The position numbers and the translations under genes were made by a program. A stretch of DNA of 63,905 bases, filler included, from Octopus bimaculoides (taxonomy: Eukaryota): NCBI RefSeq assembly GCF_001194135.2. It is 6 parts of 6 records of this genome, joined end to end, with 100 filler letters (N's around TTAATTAATTAA, not from the genome) between each part and the next. Parts side by side here need not be neighbours in the genome. Positions count along the whole stretch, not along the records: positions 1 to 30,187 come from NC_068985.1; 5 more parts are not named here. One strand, 5' to 3'. Every line of letters begins with the position of its first letter. Positions within the stretch are counted from its first letter, which is position 1. Below, piece by piece: positions 1-13,455 of this stretch. A model generated the notes under the pieces. It was not told the origin of the DNA, ran no database searches, and worked only from the letters and a program-made list of their open reading frames with translations.

Positions 1-31
<31 letters not shown>

Positions 32-1866
32 TTTATTTTGTCACCACTAGAGGAATGAAATTAAGAAAATTACAACTGATCCTGGTGGGATTTGAACCCA
101 GAACGTTATAGAACCCAGAAGAAATTATATCAGGCACCTTTCTCAACACACTAGTGGTTCAATCCACCCACATTCTTTAAATGACTTTAATATCTGAAGG
201 GTGAGGGGTTCAGTCAATTAGTTTTGGCTGCTTCTTTATTTTACTGAACCCGAGAACGAAACATGGAAAAGTCGACCTCAACGGAAATTGAAATCAGAAT
301 GTAAAGGGAAGTAACTAAATAATAAAAGAAAAACATTCCAACCCATGGCATTTTGTCCATAACAACAACAAGGATGATGATGATGATGATAAGTGATGAT
401 GATGACAATGCTGATGGTGGTGATGGTGGTGGTGGATGGTGAATGGAGGGATTGATAAAATGATGAGAGAAAAAGTAGTGTTCAACCTCAACCAGACTGA
501 TGTTACAATACAAACTATCAGCAGACTTCTGTAGTATCAGCGATATGGATGGATGATGAGTGTGGGATGGTTAACTAAGAGACTAACAAACAAACATTCT
601 GACGGTGCCATGTAACGTCTTCTCACTGTGTAACATGATGTCACAGATGGAGAAGCAGTGGCAACATGAACTACCATGTTTTAAACACATGTTTGTATGT
701 CTGTGGTACATGCATGTGCATTGATTAGCACATGCACACACACACACACAGATTTTGTTGCACAATCTCATCTGCATATGCAATGCACACACATACACAC
801 ACATGCACATGCACACACATACACACACACGTACACACACATGCACACAAACATCCTTGTGCATCATCATGTAAGATGTAAACTCATATAGAGATAACTA
901 TACAAATGTATTTTATGGACACACAGACACACACAAACACACATGCAAACACTGATGCACACAAACATATACACAATCAAACACACAAACACGAAAACAA
1001 TTTTGCTCATCTTCATATTTTCAGACACACATACATACACACACACATTCTCATATCTTCATCATCATCATCATCATTTAGCACTAATATTCCATGCTGG
1101 CATGCGTCGGATAATATACAAATTTGCATATGCTCACGTACACATCATACTTCATAGTCTCAATTACAAACACACACATACACACACCCTCATGCATATA
1201 AGTATTTTCATATATTGTCACTAATCTACATGCAGAATATTTAAATACACACACATACACATATTTTGATGCTTATACATACACAAATAGGAAGAAAGAA
1301 AAAGGGAGAACTTGTCACAAATAGCTTTCAAATAAGAAAGAATGTGAGAAGCAATAGTTTTGGATAAATTTAAAATCAAAAGACTTTATAGACGAGATAA
1401 TACAATGTAAGGATTCAATCTCACTCTGTGACACCTGGACCATGGGTTAACCAATGCATTCTAAGAAGAAATTGGTCGATTGAAACTGCAGGAGAATATC
1501 ATATATGTATGTACATATCATCATGATGATCATAATCTCCTTTTCCATGTTGGCATGGGTTGGACAGTTTGACAGAAACCAGCAAGCCTAAGGATTATGC
1601 CAGACCCTAATGTCTTCTTTGGTATGGTCTCTACAGCTGCATGCTCTCCCCAATACCAACCACTTTACAGAGTATACTGGGCGCTTTATCATGGCACTAG
1701 CACTAGTGAGGCCACCAAGTATACACACAACAAGATCTCTCAACTAAGTGGAGTGCAATATTGTAGTAGGAGGTGAAAGTGTGAAAGAGGGATAGGAACA
1801 GGTGTTTTGCTGAAGAAGAGAATACATAGCTTCCCCAAATGGAAAGAGAGAGACAAAGATGGCTCT

Positions 1867-1900
<34 letters not shown>

Positions 1901-2582
1901 ACTACATGTGGATTGTTGGTGAATTTTTTACTCCACCTTCTTTTTCTCTGTCTCCTATTTCTTTAACGTCTGTTTGCCATGCTGGAATAGGTTTGACGGT
2001 TTGACAAGGAGCTGGCTCGGCAAAAGACTGCNNNNNNNNNNNNNNNNNNNNNNNNNNNNNNNNNNNNNNNNNNNNNNNNNNNNNNNNNNNNNNNNNNNNN
2101 NNNNNNNNNNNNNNNNNNNNNNNNNNNNNNNNNNNNNNNNNNNNNNNNNNNNNNNNNNNNNNNNNNNNNNNNNNNNNNNNNNNNNNNNNNNNNNNNNNNN
2201 NNNNNNNNNNNNNNNNNNNNNNNNNNNNNNNNNNNNNNNNNNNNNNNNNNNNNNNNNNNNNNNNNNNNNNNNNNNNNNNNNNNNNNNNNNNNNNNNNNNN
2301 NNNNNNNNNNNNNNNNNNNNNNNNNNNNNNNNNNNNNNNNNNNNNNNNNNNNNNNNNNNNNNNNNNNNNNNNNNNNNNNNNNNNNNNNNNNNNNNNNNNN
2401 NNNNNNNNNNNNNNNNNNNNNNNNNNNNNNNNNNNNNNNNNNNNNNNNNNNNNNNNNNNNNNNNNNNNNNNNNNNNNNNNNNNNNNNNNNNNNNNNNNNN
2501 NNNNNNNNNNNNNNNNNNNNNNNNNNNNNNNNNNNNNNNNNNNNNNNNNNNNNNNNNNNNNNNNNNNNNNNNNNNNNNNNNN

Positions 2583-2618
<36 letters not shown>

Positions 2619-3227
2619 GTGAGGTGTTCTAAAAGAGAGCATTGAGATGTGTTGCTTTACATCAAAAGGTACTCAGCATCACATTACAGATTGTGTCTTG
2701 TCATGTCTGATTAATGTAGACTGATGAAACAAATACTGGGATCTATATCAATGAATAAAAGATGATATACACATTGATATGTGAGTGTGTGTATAAACGC
2801 AGATATATATGTGCCAGTATATACATGTTTGTATATATATATATGTACATGCACATATACACACACACATATATATATACATATACATTTATGTATAAAC
2901 ATATGCATATACATAACCATACAGATATATACATATATGTATATTATGTATCATTGCATTTGTCAGTATCACAGATTACTAAGTAAACACTCCTAATGAG
3001 TTGGAAAATCTAATATAAGGAAAAACTAGTTCAGTTTTTGTTCACTGTGTTCTGTAGATAAAGCTTTGTGGCTAAGCTATGAACCTTACTTGCACAACCT
3101 GTTTAAATATAGATGTATAAAATGTACTTGAGTAAATATTATTTACAAACTATCCATAAACATATTGTCTTAATACTCTAATCAATAAATAAATTCATCA
3201 TCATCATTTAATGTCCGCTTTCCCAAC

Positions 3228-3293
<66 letters not shown>

Positions 3294-4578
3294 CAACATA
3301 TATAAAATAACAATATATAAAGTGAAACAAACATGGTATATTAGGTTTACTTTTAGGAAAAATTAGAAGTCTTTATTTTTTGAACATACACTCTTCTACA
3401 AAGAGTATAGATGAAGAAAGAAAAAAATGGAGGGAGGAAAAAACAAATGTGTCTTAATTAGAGTGTCACTGCATGCTGAAATTAGGCATAGATATGGCTG
3501 TGAGGTTAAGAAGATTATTTCCTAGCCATATGGCCTTGGGCTCAGTCCCACTTCACAGCACCTTGGGCAAGTGTCTTCTCTCATAACTCCAGGCTAATTG
3601 GAATAAAATAACATTCTGGATTTAATTGAAACAGCTATACTTTCCTGATCAAATCTGTGACCTTTGTGCTTACATTAAAAATTATCATTGTTGTTGTTAT
3701 TGTTGCTTAGTGGTTAGGGTGTTGGTCTCAATATCATAAGGACTGAGGAAGGGTGGTGTCTGTCCTTCAGCAAAACACTTCATTTCATGATACTCAAGTC
3801 TACTGAGCTGAAAATGAGTACTAGCTGGGTGCTCGTACATCTCTTTCATTCTCTAGCAGTCACATCCTTGATTTTCTACTATATATACACACATAGATAT
3901 ATATATATATATCTATCAGAGGCACTCATTGTTTCATGTTGTCTTATTCATCATCTTTTTGTTATAATGTACATGTGAAACTACACTAAGTAGAGTAAAA
4001 TATAAACTGCCAAATTGTACACGTCTTAAACTCAATTTTTGTTTGCTTTTATTTTACCTTTCTTTTATAAGTTGTTGCCTTTTTCAATTTAGTTAAATAC
4101 AGGTATTATATTTTCTGACATTCAAGTTGAATTTTTGGGACCAAAATTCTACAGCCAGGAAAAGTATGTTGCCTGATGTAGCAATTTGAATTTTGGAGGA
4201 CCAAAACATGCATGTGAATTGCAGCAGGATTTGGAAAATTAGTGATGTTTGAATGTTTACATTATATACTATACTATGTTGACTTGTATGCTGAAAAGTA
4301 CAGTAGAAAAATAAGCAATAGATTATGATACTAGTCATTAGATTATTATTTTTCTTTTTTGTTTCCCAAATATCATCTAAAATGGAATTTTGTTATGTCT
4401 TCTATTTATTTCATCAAGTTGTAACTTTTTCAGTGTACAACAATACTTTAACTATAAAATAAACAATGAAAACCAAACCTTGAAATTGATTTAATAGATA
4501 CAAATAAATAATTTTTTACAGCAAGATCGATTTGATTTTTCTTGGATGTGATGAGGAAAAAATATTATCTTTCGCATT

Positions 4579-4773
4579 ATTGGTAGCTAATTCTATTTTA
4601 ACCAAAAGGATTACTAAATAAACTATTACACTCATGTGACAATTGTAATCATGAATCAGCAGACTTCCAGAATAGCTGTCACTATCTCCTGGAGAAGGAA
4701 AACAGCTTGGAATTAGGTGGTTGTTTAAGAGTTTATTTAGTAATCCTTTTGTAAATAAAAATTGGCTACCAAT
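4579..4773. repeat. Fold-back / MITE-like element with ~45-bp arms
   Basis: Arms 4579-4624 and 4730-4773. The inner 22 nt, CAAAAGGATTACTAAATAAACT, pair perfectly. Confidence 0.75.
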
Positions 4774-5129
4774 AGAAGAAAAGTACTAAATATTTCTTCT
4801 TCCAGTTATAATTTGCCTTTCTAATCATCATTCAGATAGGATATTGACTGATAGTTATGTTGTAATATTTAAGTGAATAAAAATAGAGCGGATCATATGT
4901 ACGGATTAAAACTAGGTAGCCAGGTTGTTAGCTTTGGAGTTTACCTGATTCAAAACTAGCCAGCTTTTTTTTATTGGTTTTGTTTTACAGCATTTCGCTT
5001 ACAGTCACACTTCTCAAGAACGTCATAATGACACATACTGAGAACTGACTCTCTGTGTGTTTGTGTGTGGATTTATATGTATGTGGTGCAAAAGTAATAG
5101 ATGTATGTGTGTGTACGTGTGTATACATA

Positions 5130-5161
<32 letters not shown>

Positions 5162-6258
5162 TATAGATGGTTACATAATTTATGGTACACTATATATGTT
5201 TGATAACACCCAGTGGTCATTGGATACCATCTGATGACATCAACTCCTCCTGGCCAAAGCTCCATTTACGTTGGTGAGTGGAAAAGAAGCACCTTCTATG
5301 TGTAGTCAACTACATATATATATAAGAAACAGATAGTTATATAATTTATAGTACTCTAGATATATTTTAAGTCCTTCTTGAATTTCTTAAATTGGAGTTT
5401 AAAACAGTTTCCATGGGATTCCAGATTATTGTAGACTTGTTTTTACAGAACTCCTCTGTCGCTATTTTAACTGAAGATGGGGATTTGCTAATAACTATGT
5501 CAATTATGAAGTCACTAATCTACCAACATCACCTATAGGGGTGCCAGTACATCAGTTTTCAATACTGCCAAGATATAAAAACATTTTTAATCTAAATTTT
5601 CAGCATTGTGATGAAAGCTTCCTTTTACATTCTCCAGGTTGGTGTGACTCCTTTCATTTTTAGATATGAAAGGAATAGAAGTAGGGAGATCTATACTTTC
5701 CAAACATCATTCTGGATGCTGTTGTAGTAGTGAAATGATTTTAACCAGAATTTAAAACTGGTCATTGAATTTGACTCCCCAGTAACTTACTTCCACTCTG
5801 TAGTGCTTATGATTATTGTTGTTACTGTTGCTGATGTTTTTGGTTGACTTTTATATTAACTCAGGTTGAGCTGACTTGTGAGTGAAAGCTTTAAACATGA
5901 ACTTCCCTTCTTTTCACACATAATATAATTCAGATTATAATATCCAGCATATCCTTCCCTTTTCTTTAAGGTAAGAGGGTGTGATCTAAGAGAGATTTGG
6001 CTGCTATATCTAGCAAACTGAGTAACCATGTAGAGGCTCTCTTGCTTGGCTTGAATGTACTCATGACTATAAGTCAAACAGCAGGCATCTATCATACCCA
6101 TATACACACACCTAAACAATATACAGATATCAATAAAGTAAAAGCATCTCTATCATGTTGTCTCTCTCTCTCTCTCTCCTTCACCTGCACTTCCCTCTGG
6201 CTGGGTAACCATGTATTTCCTTTGTGGCAGCACACCTGTTTCTGTCTTCATTCATTCA

Positions 6259-6331
<73 letters not shown>

Positions 6332-6454
6332 GGTAACCTTGTACCTCCTCTACAGCAAGACACCTGTTTTTGTCTCTCTGTCTCACTATAGTCTTTCATC
6401 ATTTCTTCCAATGCCCCCCCTCTTTGCAAAGGATTTTTGGTTTTGCAAGTTACT

Positions 6455-6778
6455 TGGTGACCCTGGCAGTATGGATGCCACTTAAAAAGCATCCAGTCCA
6501 CACTGTAAAGTGGCTGGCATTCGGAAAGGGCATCCAGCTGTAAAAATCTTGCCAAAACTGACCTCATTTGTACTTGTGCCATGTAAAAAGCACTAAGTTC
6601 ACTCTGGTGAGTGGTTGGTGTTAGGAAGGACATCCAGCTATACAAATCCTGCCAAAATATTTACAGAAGTCTGGTGCAGGCTTCTGCCCGGCCAGCTTCT
6701 GCCCGGCCAGCTTCTGTCAAACCATCCCACCCATGCCAGCATGGAAAGCGGATGTTAAATGATGATGATGATGATGAA
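6455..6778 (+). mobile_element. RTE-tailed SINE family C with duplicated head and (GAT)n tail
   Basis: GGAAGGGCATCCAGCTG twice and the 3' end CCATGCCAGCATGGAAAGCGGATGTTAAATGATGATG. Copies in the opposite orientation lie at about 1517-1740, 1960-2031 and 3197-3230. Confidence 0.75.
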
Positions 6779-7339
6779 GATGTACATGGATGCTATGATT
6801 CTATTACCAAGTTCATCTATTTGTATCCCATGGGAACAATTATTTCAATAAATTACACTCACTTCCTTTCATTGTTTTGCTTTTTGTTTATTTATGACAC
6901 ATGCTACGCTGAAACTGGCAGCCAGTCAACACCTACCAAATTTGATCAAATATTTCCCTAAAATCTCAAGATGGTGTATTGATGAAGACTGCCAGCTAGT
7001 TTTCATGTGTTCATGATTCTCAGGTAAATTTGCAGCTATTGCTAAACTTAGAATTCTCTATATGCATCTCCACTTCGTTTTGTCTTCTTTTTCTCTTAAT
7101 AACATTTAACAAGTAAACATACATTTCAAGAGCGCACTAAATGCTACTCACTCCAGATTCATGTGTGTGTGTGTGTATATGTATGTGTATATATATATAC
7201 ACACACACACACGCACAGGCACACATACATATATATATGTGTAGTTGTATATAATACATATACATGTGTATATATGTATATATGTATGAATATATATATC
7301 TTTATATGTTATACGTATACATGCATATAACATATATAC

Positions 7340-7379
<40 letters not shown>

Positions 7380-7573
7380 ATGTGTGTGTGTGTATGTGTG
7401 TGTGTGCGTGTGTGTGTGTGTCTGTATATACACATGAGTCCTCTAAGAGTTCATAAGTCAGGGAAAAGATGCACTTGTATATCTGTCAGTAGAGTGGGTA
7501 TATTATCTGAAATGTATAGTATTACTGATTGGTAAGATCAACTGTGATGGATATATGATATTGTACATTTCAG

Positions 7574-7607
<34 letters not shown>

Positions 7608-7637
7608 NNNNNNNNNNTATATATATATATATATATA

Positions 7638-8909
7638 CAGGGGTTCGACAAAATAATGGAAACACCTAAAAATTTCATATAAATTTATTATAATATGGGG
7701 TAGGACCACCTTTGGCATTAATTACAACTTGAATTCTACAAGGCATGGACTCATACAAAGTTTGAATTGTCTCCAAAGGCATTTTTGTCCATTCCTCGGC
7801 TAAAACAGCGTCCAGTTCTTGTAGTGATGATAGTGAAGGATATTGACGCCTTACTTGTTTTTCTAAAATGCACCATAAATGTTCAAAAATATTGAGATCT
7901 GGGGACTGTGGTGGCCAGATATGATGTTCAACTTCACTAGAATGTTCCTCATGACATTCAGTAACAACTTTAGCTGTGTGAATTGGTACATTATCATCCT
8001 GAAAGATTGTGTTTCCTTCCGGAAACAGTTCCACAACCATAGGATGAATTTGATCAAATAAAATGCTTAAATAGTCTTGACTATTAATTCTGCCATGTAG
8101 AGAGACCATTGAGCTGGCAGATTTCCAAAATATAGCTCCCCAGGTCATCACAGATTCTTCTCCATGTTTAACAGTTCAAAGAAGGCAGTCTGGGTCAAAT
8201 GCTTCTTTTGGCTGTCACAACACATATACTCAGCCAGTGGCTGGAAATAAGGTACAGGATGACTTGTCCAAGAAAATAACAGTTTTCCACTGCTCTAGGG
8301 ACCAATTTGTAGGTTTTTACTCCACTCTAAATGCTTTGCAATGTTTGTTTTTGAAAGTAGTGGTTTTCTGATTGCAGCCCTCCCATGAAATCCAGCTTTG
8401 TGTAGCTCCTGGTGAACAGTTTTTGTGGAAACTGGATTCTTGAGGTATTCATTAAGCTGTGCAGTAATTTTGGAAGCTATACTTTTGTGATCCTTTCTAA
8501 CAATTCACATAAGAGTCCGACAGTCCCTATCTGAAAGTTTTGGTTTTCTTCTGGAGTATTGTTTTGACGAGGAGGTTTTTCTCTCTTTCTCAAAGGCTAT
8601 CGTTACTTTTGAGACAGTACTTCTTGATCCACCAAACATTTCAGCTGTTTTCATTATGCTAACACCTGCCATACGAACACCAACAATTTGACCTCTTTGA
8701 AAGTCTGATAGGTCTGTCATTTTAATGAATTTTAATTACCTATTTCTGATGAAATCTGAAAAGAAACAGCAATTTTAGCAAAACATATTAAGCAATACTA
8801 ATAATGATTCAAAAAACATAAACATAAACAAGCTTTTGATGGTTTTATAGATATTTCAAAATTATGAAGCTCTGATGCTAGGTGTCTCCATTATTTTGTC
8901 CAACCCCTG
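7638..8909 (-). mobile_element. Tc1/mariner DNA transposon, full length (1272 bp), DD36E spacing (Incomer-like), transposase disrupted
   Basis: 31-bp TIRs CAGGGGTTCGACAAAATAATGGAAACACCTA (7638) and reverse-complement CAGGGGTTGGACAAAATAATGGAGACACCTA (ends 8909), 29/31 identical, with TA on both flanks. The minus strand encodes a paired-like HTH (MTDLSDFQRGQIVGVRMAG), VIFLDKSS, FQDDNVPIH and WPPQSPDLNIFEHLW. Confidence 0.95.
7675..8720 (-). pseudogene. Tc1-type transposase pseudogene (N-terminal frame 8505-8720, catalytic frame 7675-8151, stops/frameshifts between)
   Basis: Two ORF-track segments carry Tc1 motifs. There are 108 nt (36 codons) between the second catalytic D (7993-7995) and E (7882-7884). 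Confidence 0.92.
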
Positions 8910-8973
<64 letters not shown>

Positions 8974-9532
8974 TCTGTATGTATATATGTGTCTGTATGT
9001 ATATATATATGTATGTATNNNNNNNNNNNNNNNNNNNNNNNNNNNNNNNNNNNNNNNNNNNNNNNNNNNNNNNNNNNNNNNNNNNNNNNNNNNNNNNNNN
9101 NNNNNNNNNNNNNNNNNNNNNNNNNNNNNNNNNNNNNNNNNNNNNNNNNNNNNNNNNNNNNNNNNNNNNNNNNNNNNNNNNNNNNNNNNNNNNNNNNNNN
9201 NNNNNNNNNNNNNNNNNNNNNNNNNNNNNNNNNNNNNNNNNNNNNNNNNNNNNNNNNNNNNNNNNNNNNNNNNNNNNNNNNNNNNNNNNNNNNNNNNNNN
9301 NNNNNNNNNNNNNNNNNNNNCACCAGATCATTCTACACATCTGTGAAATTTTTCATGCAATTCCACACAGCCGTTTGACCATGAAACCTAAAACAAGAAA
9401 GAATTGCCTATGTCAGATTTGTATGTATGTATATGTGTGTGTGTGTGTGTGTGCACGTATATGTGTGTGTGTGTGTATTTATGTATATATGTATGTTATA
9501 TAAGTATATGTGTATATATAATGTATGTATAT

Positions 9533-9878
9533 ATGTAGTTAAGCAGCTTGCTTTGCAGCTATGCAGTATTGAGTTCAGTCTCATTGCACAGCACCTTGGG
9601 TAAATGTCTTCTATTGTAGTCCTAAGCAGACCAATGCTTTGTGACTGTTGATGGCGACTGTGATAAAAACCATCATAGATATGTGCGTGTCTTTGTGCTG
9701 AGTCTGTCCAGTGTTGGTTTGTTTACATCTCTGTAAATTAGTAGCTAAGGAGATTGATAGAATAAGTATCGGTCTTTAAAACAAATAAGTACTGGGGTCA
9801 GTTTGTTTGACTAAAACTCTTCAAGGCAGTGTGCCCCAGCATGGCCACAGTCTAATGACTGAAACAAAAGATAAATGA
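9533..9878 (+). mobile_element. SINE family A, degenerate CpG-decayed copy
   Basis: GAGTTCAGTCTC B box, CACCTTGGGTAAATGTC core and CCAGCATGGCCACAG..TGACTGAAAC tail. Other partial copies lie near 3487-3600, 14330-14450, 23195-23355, 25400-25550, 29295-29450 and 43335-43480. Confidence 0.8.
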
Positions 9879-9889
9879 TAGGAGGTGCC

Positions 9890-11110
9890 AAGCTCTATCA
9901 AGATAGGAAAATTTGGAATGTCTTCAAGGGCTATGGGGTCCATGGGGTTAACCCAATTCATGACCAATTGTAAAATGTTGCAGCTTCTCTTTCATTAAGG
10001 TGCTGTTGGATGATCTCACCAGAGCAGTCACCTTTCTGCACGGGGTGAAGATTCTCTAAATTGACTCATAGAATTTATGTTTTGTTCTCATATGCAAAAT
10101 ATTGAACTTCTTTTGAGCATTCCTGATGCCACATTTTTGGTGCAGGATTGCAGAGCCTTGGATTGACTAGAACAGCATCATCAAGCTTGTTTTTCTCAGA
10201 CAGGAAAAGCTGTATGATCTTGGCCAATTCATCAAACCAGTTGGGATTGCAACACATTGTTGTCTCAAGGGGTGAATCCTAATGGCTGTTGATTTCTTCT
10301 TGGGTGAGGTCAGCAGCCAGAAGGTCTAGAATAGGAGGGATCTGACCTTGAATTCTACATTGGGTATACTTCTCAGGAGTGCAGATACCAACAATTTCAA
10401 GATGAAGAAAGGCTGTGAATTTTTAGGTTGGAGGCCTCAGAGTCAGACAAGCAAATATCTGATCATTCAACATTCCAACATTCAGCACCTCTCATAGCTA
10501 GAGTAATCAAGACATCTTTATTATCCCTTTCAAACAATCACATAGGGAAGAAGGTGCCAGGATTTAGATCGAGGATGCATCTGAGAGACTTTGTAAATTG
10601 ATAGGAGCTGGAAAACTGTGTTAAAAATGACCATTCCATGTTGGAATCAGAGTTAGAAGTTGAAGGCCATTGGTGTTCACTTTTTAAACACCATAATGAC
10701 CAATAATGCCAGGCCAGATGAGATGACCCCAGTATTGAAATCTCTGAGAAGAATTATCTTATTAGACTTGGGTATCCTTTGAATGGCATTGTCCAAGAAC
10801 ACGTAGAACCTGTCCTTTGCATTTTCAGGAGCCCCAGTGGTTACATAGGCACTGATGATGGTGGTAAATTGGCCTTTGAAGAGAACAAGGAGCAGCATGA
10901 TGAGACATTAATGCAGTTTGGCAGGAAGTTCTGCCATCTTACTTTCAATAGGAGTCTTCACAGAAAAGGCCATTCCATGTGTTCTGTCATTGCCATCGAG
11001 GACACCCTTCCAGCAGAACGTGTATCTCTCTCCATGTTCAGTGAGGGAGTCTTCCTTTGAGAAGTGCATCTCGCTAAGAACTGCTATGTTCATGTAGCAT
11101 TTCAGCTCAA
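9890..11110 (-). mobile_element. RTE-clade LINE fragment: apurinic endonuclease and linker region, degenerate
   Basis: NIAVLSEMHF..YTFCWKG..HGMAF, TIISAYVTT..KDRFYVFLDNAIQRIPKSNKIILLRDFN (APE domain) and WFDELAKIIQLFLSEK. Confidence 0.85.
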
Positions 11111-11349
11111 ATACAACCAGAGCAGTACTTTGATGAGGTCAGTTTGAGTCGTAATTTAAGATAAAATTGTTATACTAAAAAATAAAACTATGAAACATTT
11201 TTATGTTGTATAAATTTAAAACAAAACTTTTTCTAAAGGGCCAACAAAACATTTTTATTTATGTGAGTGCATGTGTGTCTAAAAACAGTATTTTCCTTTT
11301 TAAATATACAACAGCATATTCACTTCATCACCCTAGATGTAGAGCACTA

Positions 11350-11568
11350 TATGAGGGGGTGCTGAAAAGTTCCTGGTTTTAAGGGTATTGCAAAAGGCCT
11401 GATTGGAGGCCCAATCTGAGTTTTTTTTACAGGGCTTAGAAAAACGGAAGAAGCACTGCAATAAGTGTGTGAATCTGAGAGGAGAATATGTGGCATAGAA
11501 TCAAAATTAACTGATCTTCCAGTATTTTCTTACACCCAAATCCAGGAGATTTTCAAACCCCTCTTGTG
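11350..11568 (+). mobile_element. Mariner-derived MITE (~220 bp)
   Basis: Left end TATGAGGGGGTGCTGAAAAGTTCCTGG and right-end reverse complement CACAAGAGGGGTTTGAAAATCTCCTGG. The interior encodes the mariner C-terminal motif GLEKRKKHCNKCVNLRGEYV. Confidence 0.75.
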
Positions 11569-11687
11569 ATCCTTATGTCATGGTTTATGACCAACACATA
11601 ACTTCACAGTGTTCTGCAATCACTAGCCACCATGTTCCTGCTTTCATTTGCTCAAATTATTTTACTGTGTTGTAATATCATTATCAT

Positions 11688-11966
11688 TTAAACTCTTACC
11701 ATTCAGATTATTTTCCAACCCATGCCAGCATGGACAATGGACATTAAATGATGATGATTACTCTGTCAAATGTAATGTTTATTTATTCACATTGTTTTGA
11801 ATTAATCAGTTATTATCTTGTAGCTTTAAGATTTCAGACCATGTGAATGTTGACTTTTAGAATGACATTGTAGAATAGGTGTGAGAGGCCAGATCTAGTT
11901 AGTTTGAACTTAAATCAGGTACAATATTCAGGTTGAATATGGCTGGTTTAAATGTTAAAGGGTTAA
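11688..11966 (-). mobile_element. TTAA-flanked (piggyBac-type) MITE, interrupted by a 46-bp SINE 3' tail
   Basis: Reverse complement of the 15259-15483 element. It ends AATGTTAAAGGGTTAA and carries an insertion at 11711-11756 flanked by GATTA repeats. Confidence 0.75.
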
Positions 11967-12399
11967 GTGTCATCACTGTATTGACTGAAAACACCCAGAT
12001 AAATATCAAAACACAGACGGCAGAGTGTACATCATGTGATGATTGTAATAGTGAGAAAGCCTACAGTAACTCTTTGACTATAAGGCCATGAGGCTTGTAG
12101 ATATCTTTATATGACAAGTACAGATATCAATCAGCAACATAAATGGGTTACTATATTGTTTTGAGAGGGATAGTAGGCTCCAACATCAATATGTTCTTGG
12201 TACACACAGGACACATCATTGCACATTAAAGGATTAGTGTGACCGCAGCTAATATCACATGCCTGGCATTGTTCAATAGAATGAAGGTGAAATGTTGACC
12301 AAGAAAGAGTGAGGACAAATATCATTATTGTCAAAAAATGTGTGTACTTTTGAATTCCTTATTATAATAATCTAGAAAAAATAATCCTATCTACTAAAG

Positions 12400-12606
12400 G
12401 TCTAAGGCCTGAAATTTGTGGGGGGGGGGAGGGGACTAGTCAATTACATCAATCCCAATGTTTCACTGGTACTTATTTTATCGACTTCGAAAAGATGAAA
12501 GGCAAGGTTGACCTTAATGAAATTTGAACTGAGAATGTAAAGATGGACAAAATGTTGCTAAGCATTTTGCCCGGCATGCTAACAATTCTGCCTGCTTGCC
12601 ACCTTA
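12400..12606 (-). mobile_element. SINE family B, CpG-decayed copy
   Basis: Reverse complement aligns to 63331-63500 with most CpGs converted to TpG/CpA. Other copies lie near 80-320, 17640-17745, 32630-32812, 33130-33298, 34241-34460 (+), 37700-37800 and 40545-40725. Confidence 0.85.
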
Positions 12607-13099
12607 AATCTAGAAATAATAATGACGTTGAAAATGATGAGGATAACAACCATATATATTTATATTCATGTATATTATATACACAAGTATTTGTGTGTAC
12701 ACACACACACACACGCACATACTCACACACACACACGTAAGATTAGAATAACACTGGAGATTTGATTGTAACTAAAGATTGTTTTATTATTACATCATAA
12801 ATTTCATGATTTTTACATATGTTATGCAAGCATTAATTTGTAGGCAGATACAGACCATGAACTGTTCACAGCCTGATATGTTTACGAACAGTGTAGTAAA
12901 TAATGGTTTCTTTTCTGCAGATTGAGTATATATAGTGATCACATGACTACCAGAGGTGACTGCAGAATGGTGAACACATGTGGCAGTATGGTCAGTGGTG
13001 TATCTAAGTTTTGGGGTGAATGTACAAGAAAATAAAAGAGGGTCAGGCAGGAGGAGATGCAAGGGGCAGGTGGAGGCAATTGTGTAATAAAACAATGAT

Positions 13100-13455
13100 A
13101 GATGAGAAAAGAGATGATGTGAGCTTCAGTATGAACACACAGCAAAGTGCAAATGTGTTGAGAGAAAAACTGGGTGTAAGCGATATCAGATGTTGTGTGC
13201 AAGAGAGAAGACTCCATTGGTATGGCTATATGATGAGTATGGATGAGGAAAGCTGCATAAAGAAGTACCGATTGTTAAGTGTGATTGGAACCTGCAGAAG
13301 ACATGTACCGTTAAAGACATGAGATGAAGTACTGAAGACTGACCTCAATCAAATTGTTGAGCCTCATAGGAGAGATGACAAAGAATCTAGATGATTGGTG
13401 ATGCCTTGTGCTCAAGAAGACTATCCATCTCAGCAAAAAATGAGGTCTTAAAAGA
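13100..13455 (+). mobile_element. RTE-clade LINE 3' fragment
   Basis: VLREKLGVSDIRCCVQERRLHWYGYMMSM matches the RTE C-terminal RRLRWFGHV motif region. Confidence 0.8.

Noticed and set aside
4093-4250. Possible exon LNTGIIFSDIQVEFLGPKFYSQE, with an in-frame TGA and an imperfect ~60-bp repeat
   Set aside because: No recognisable homology and no SECIS evidence. A selenoprotein reading is unsupported.
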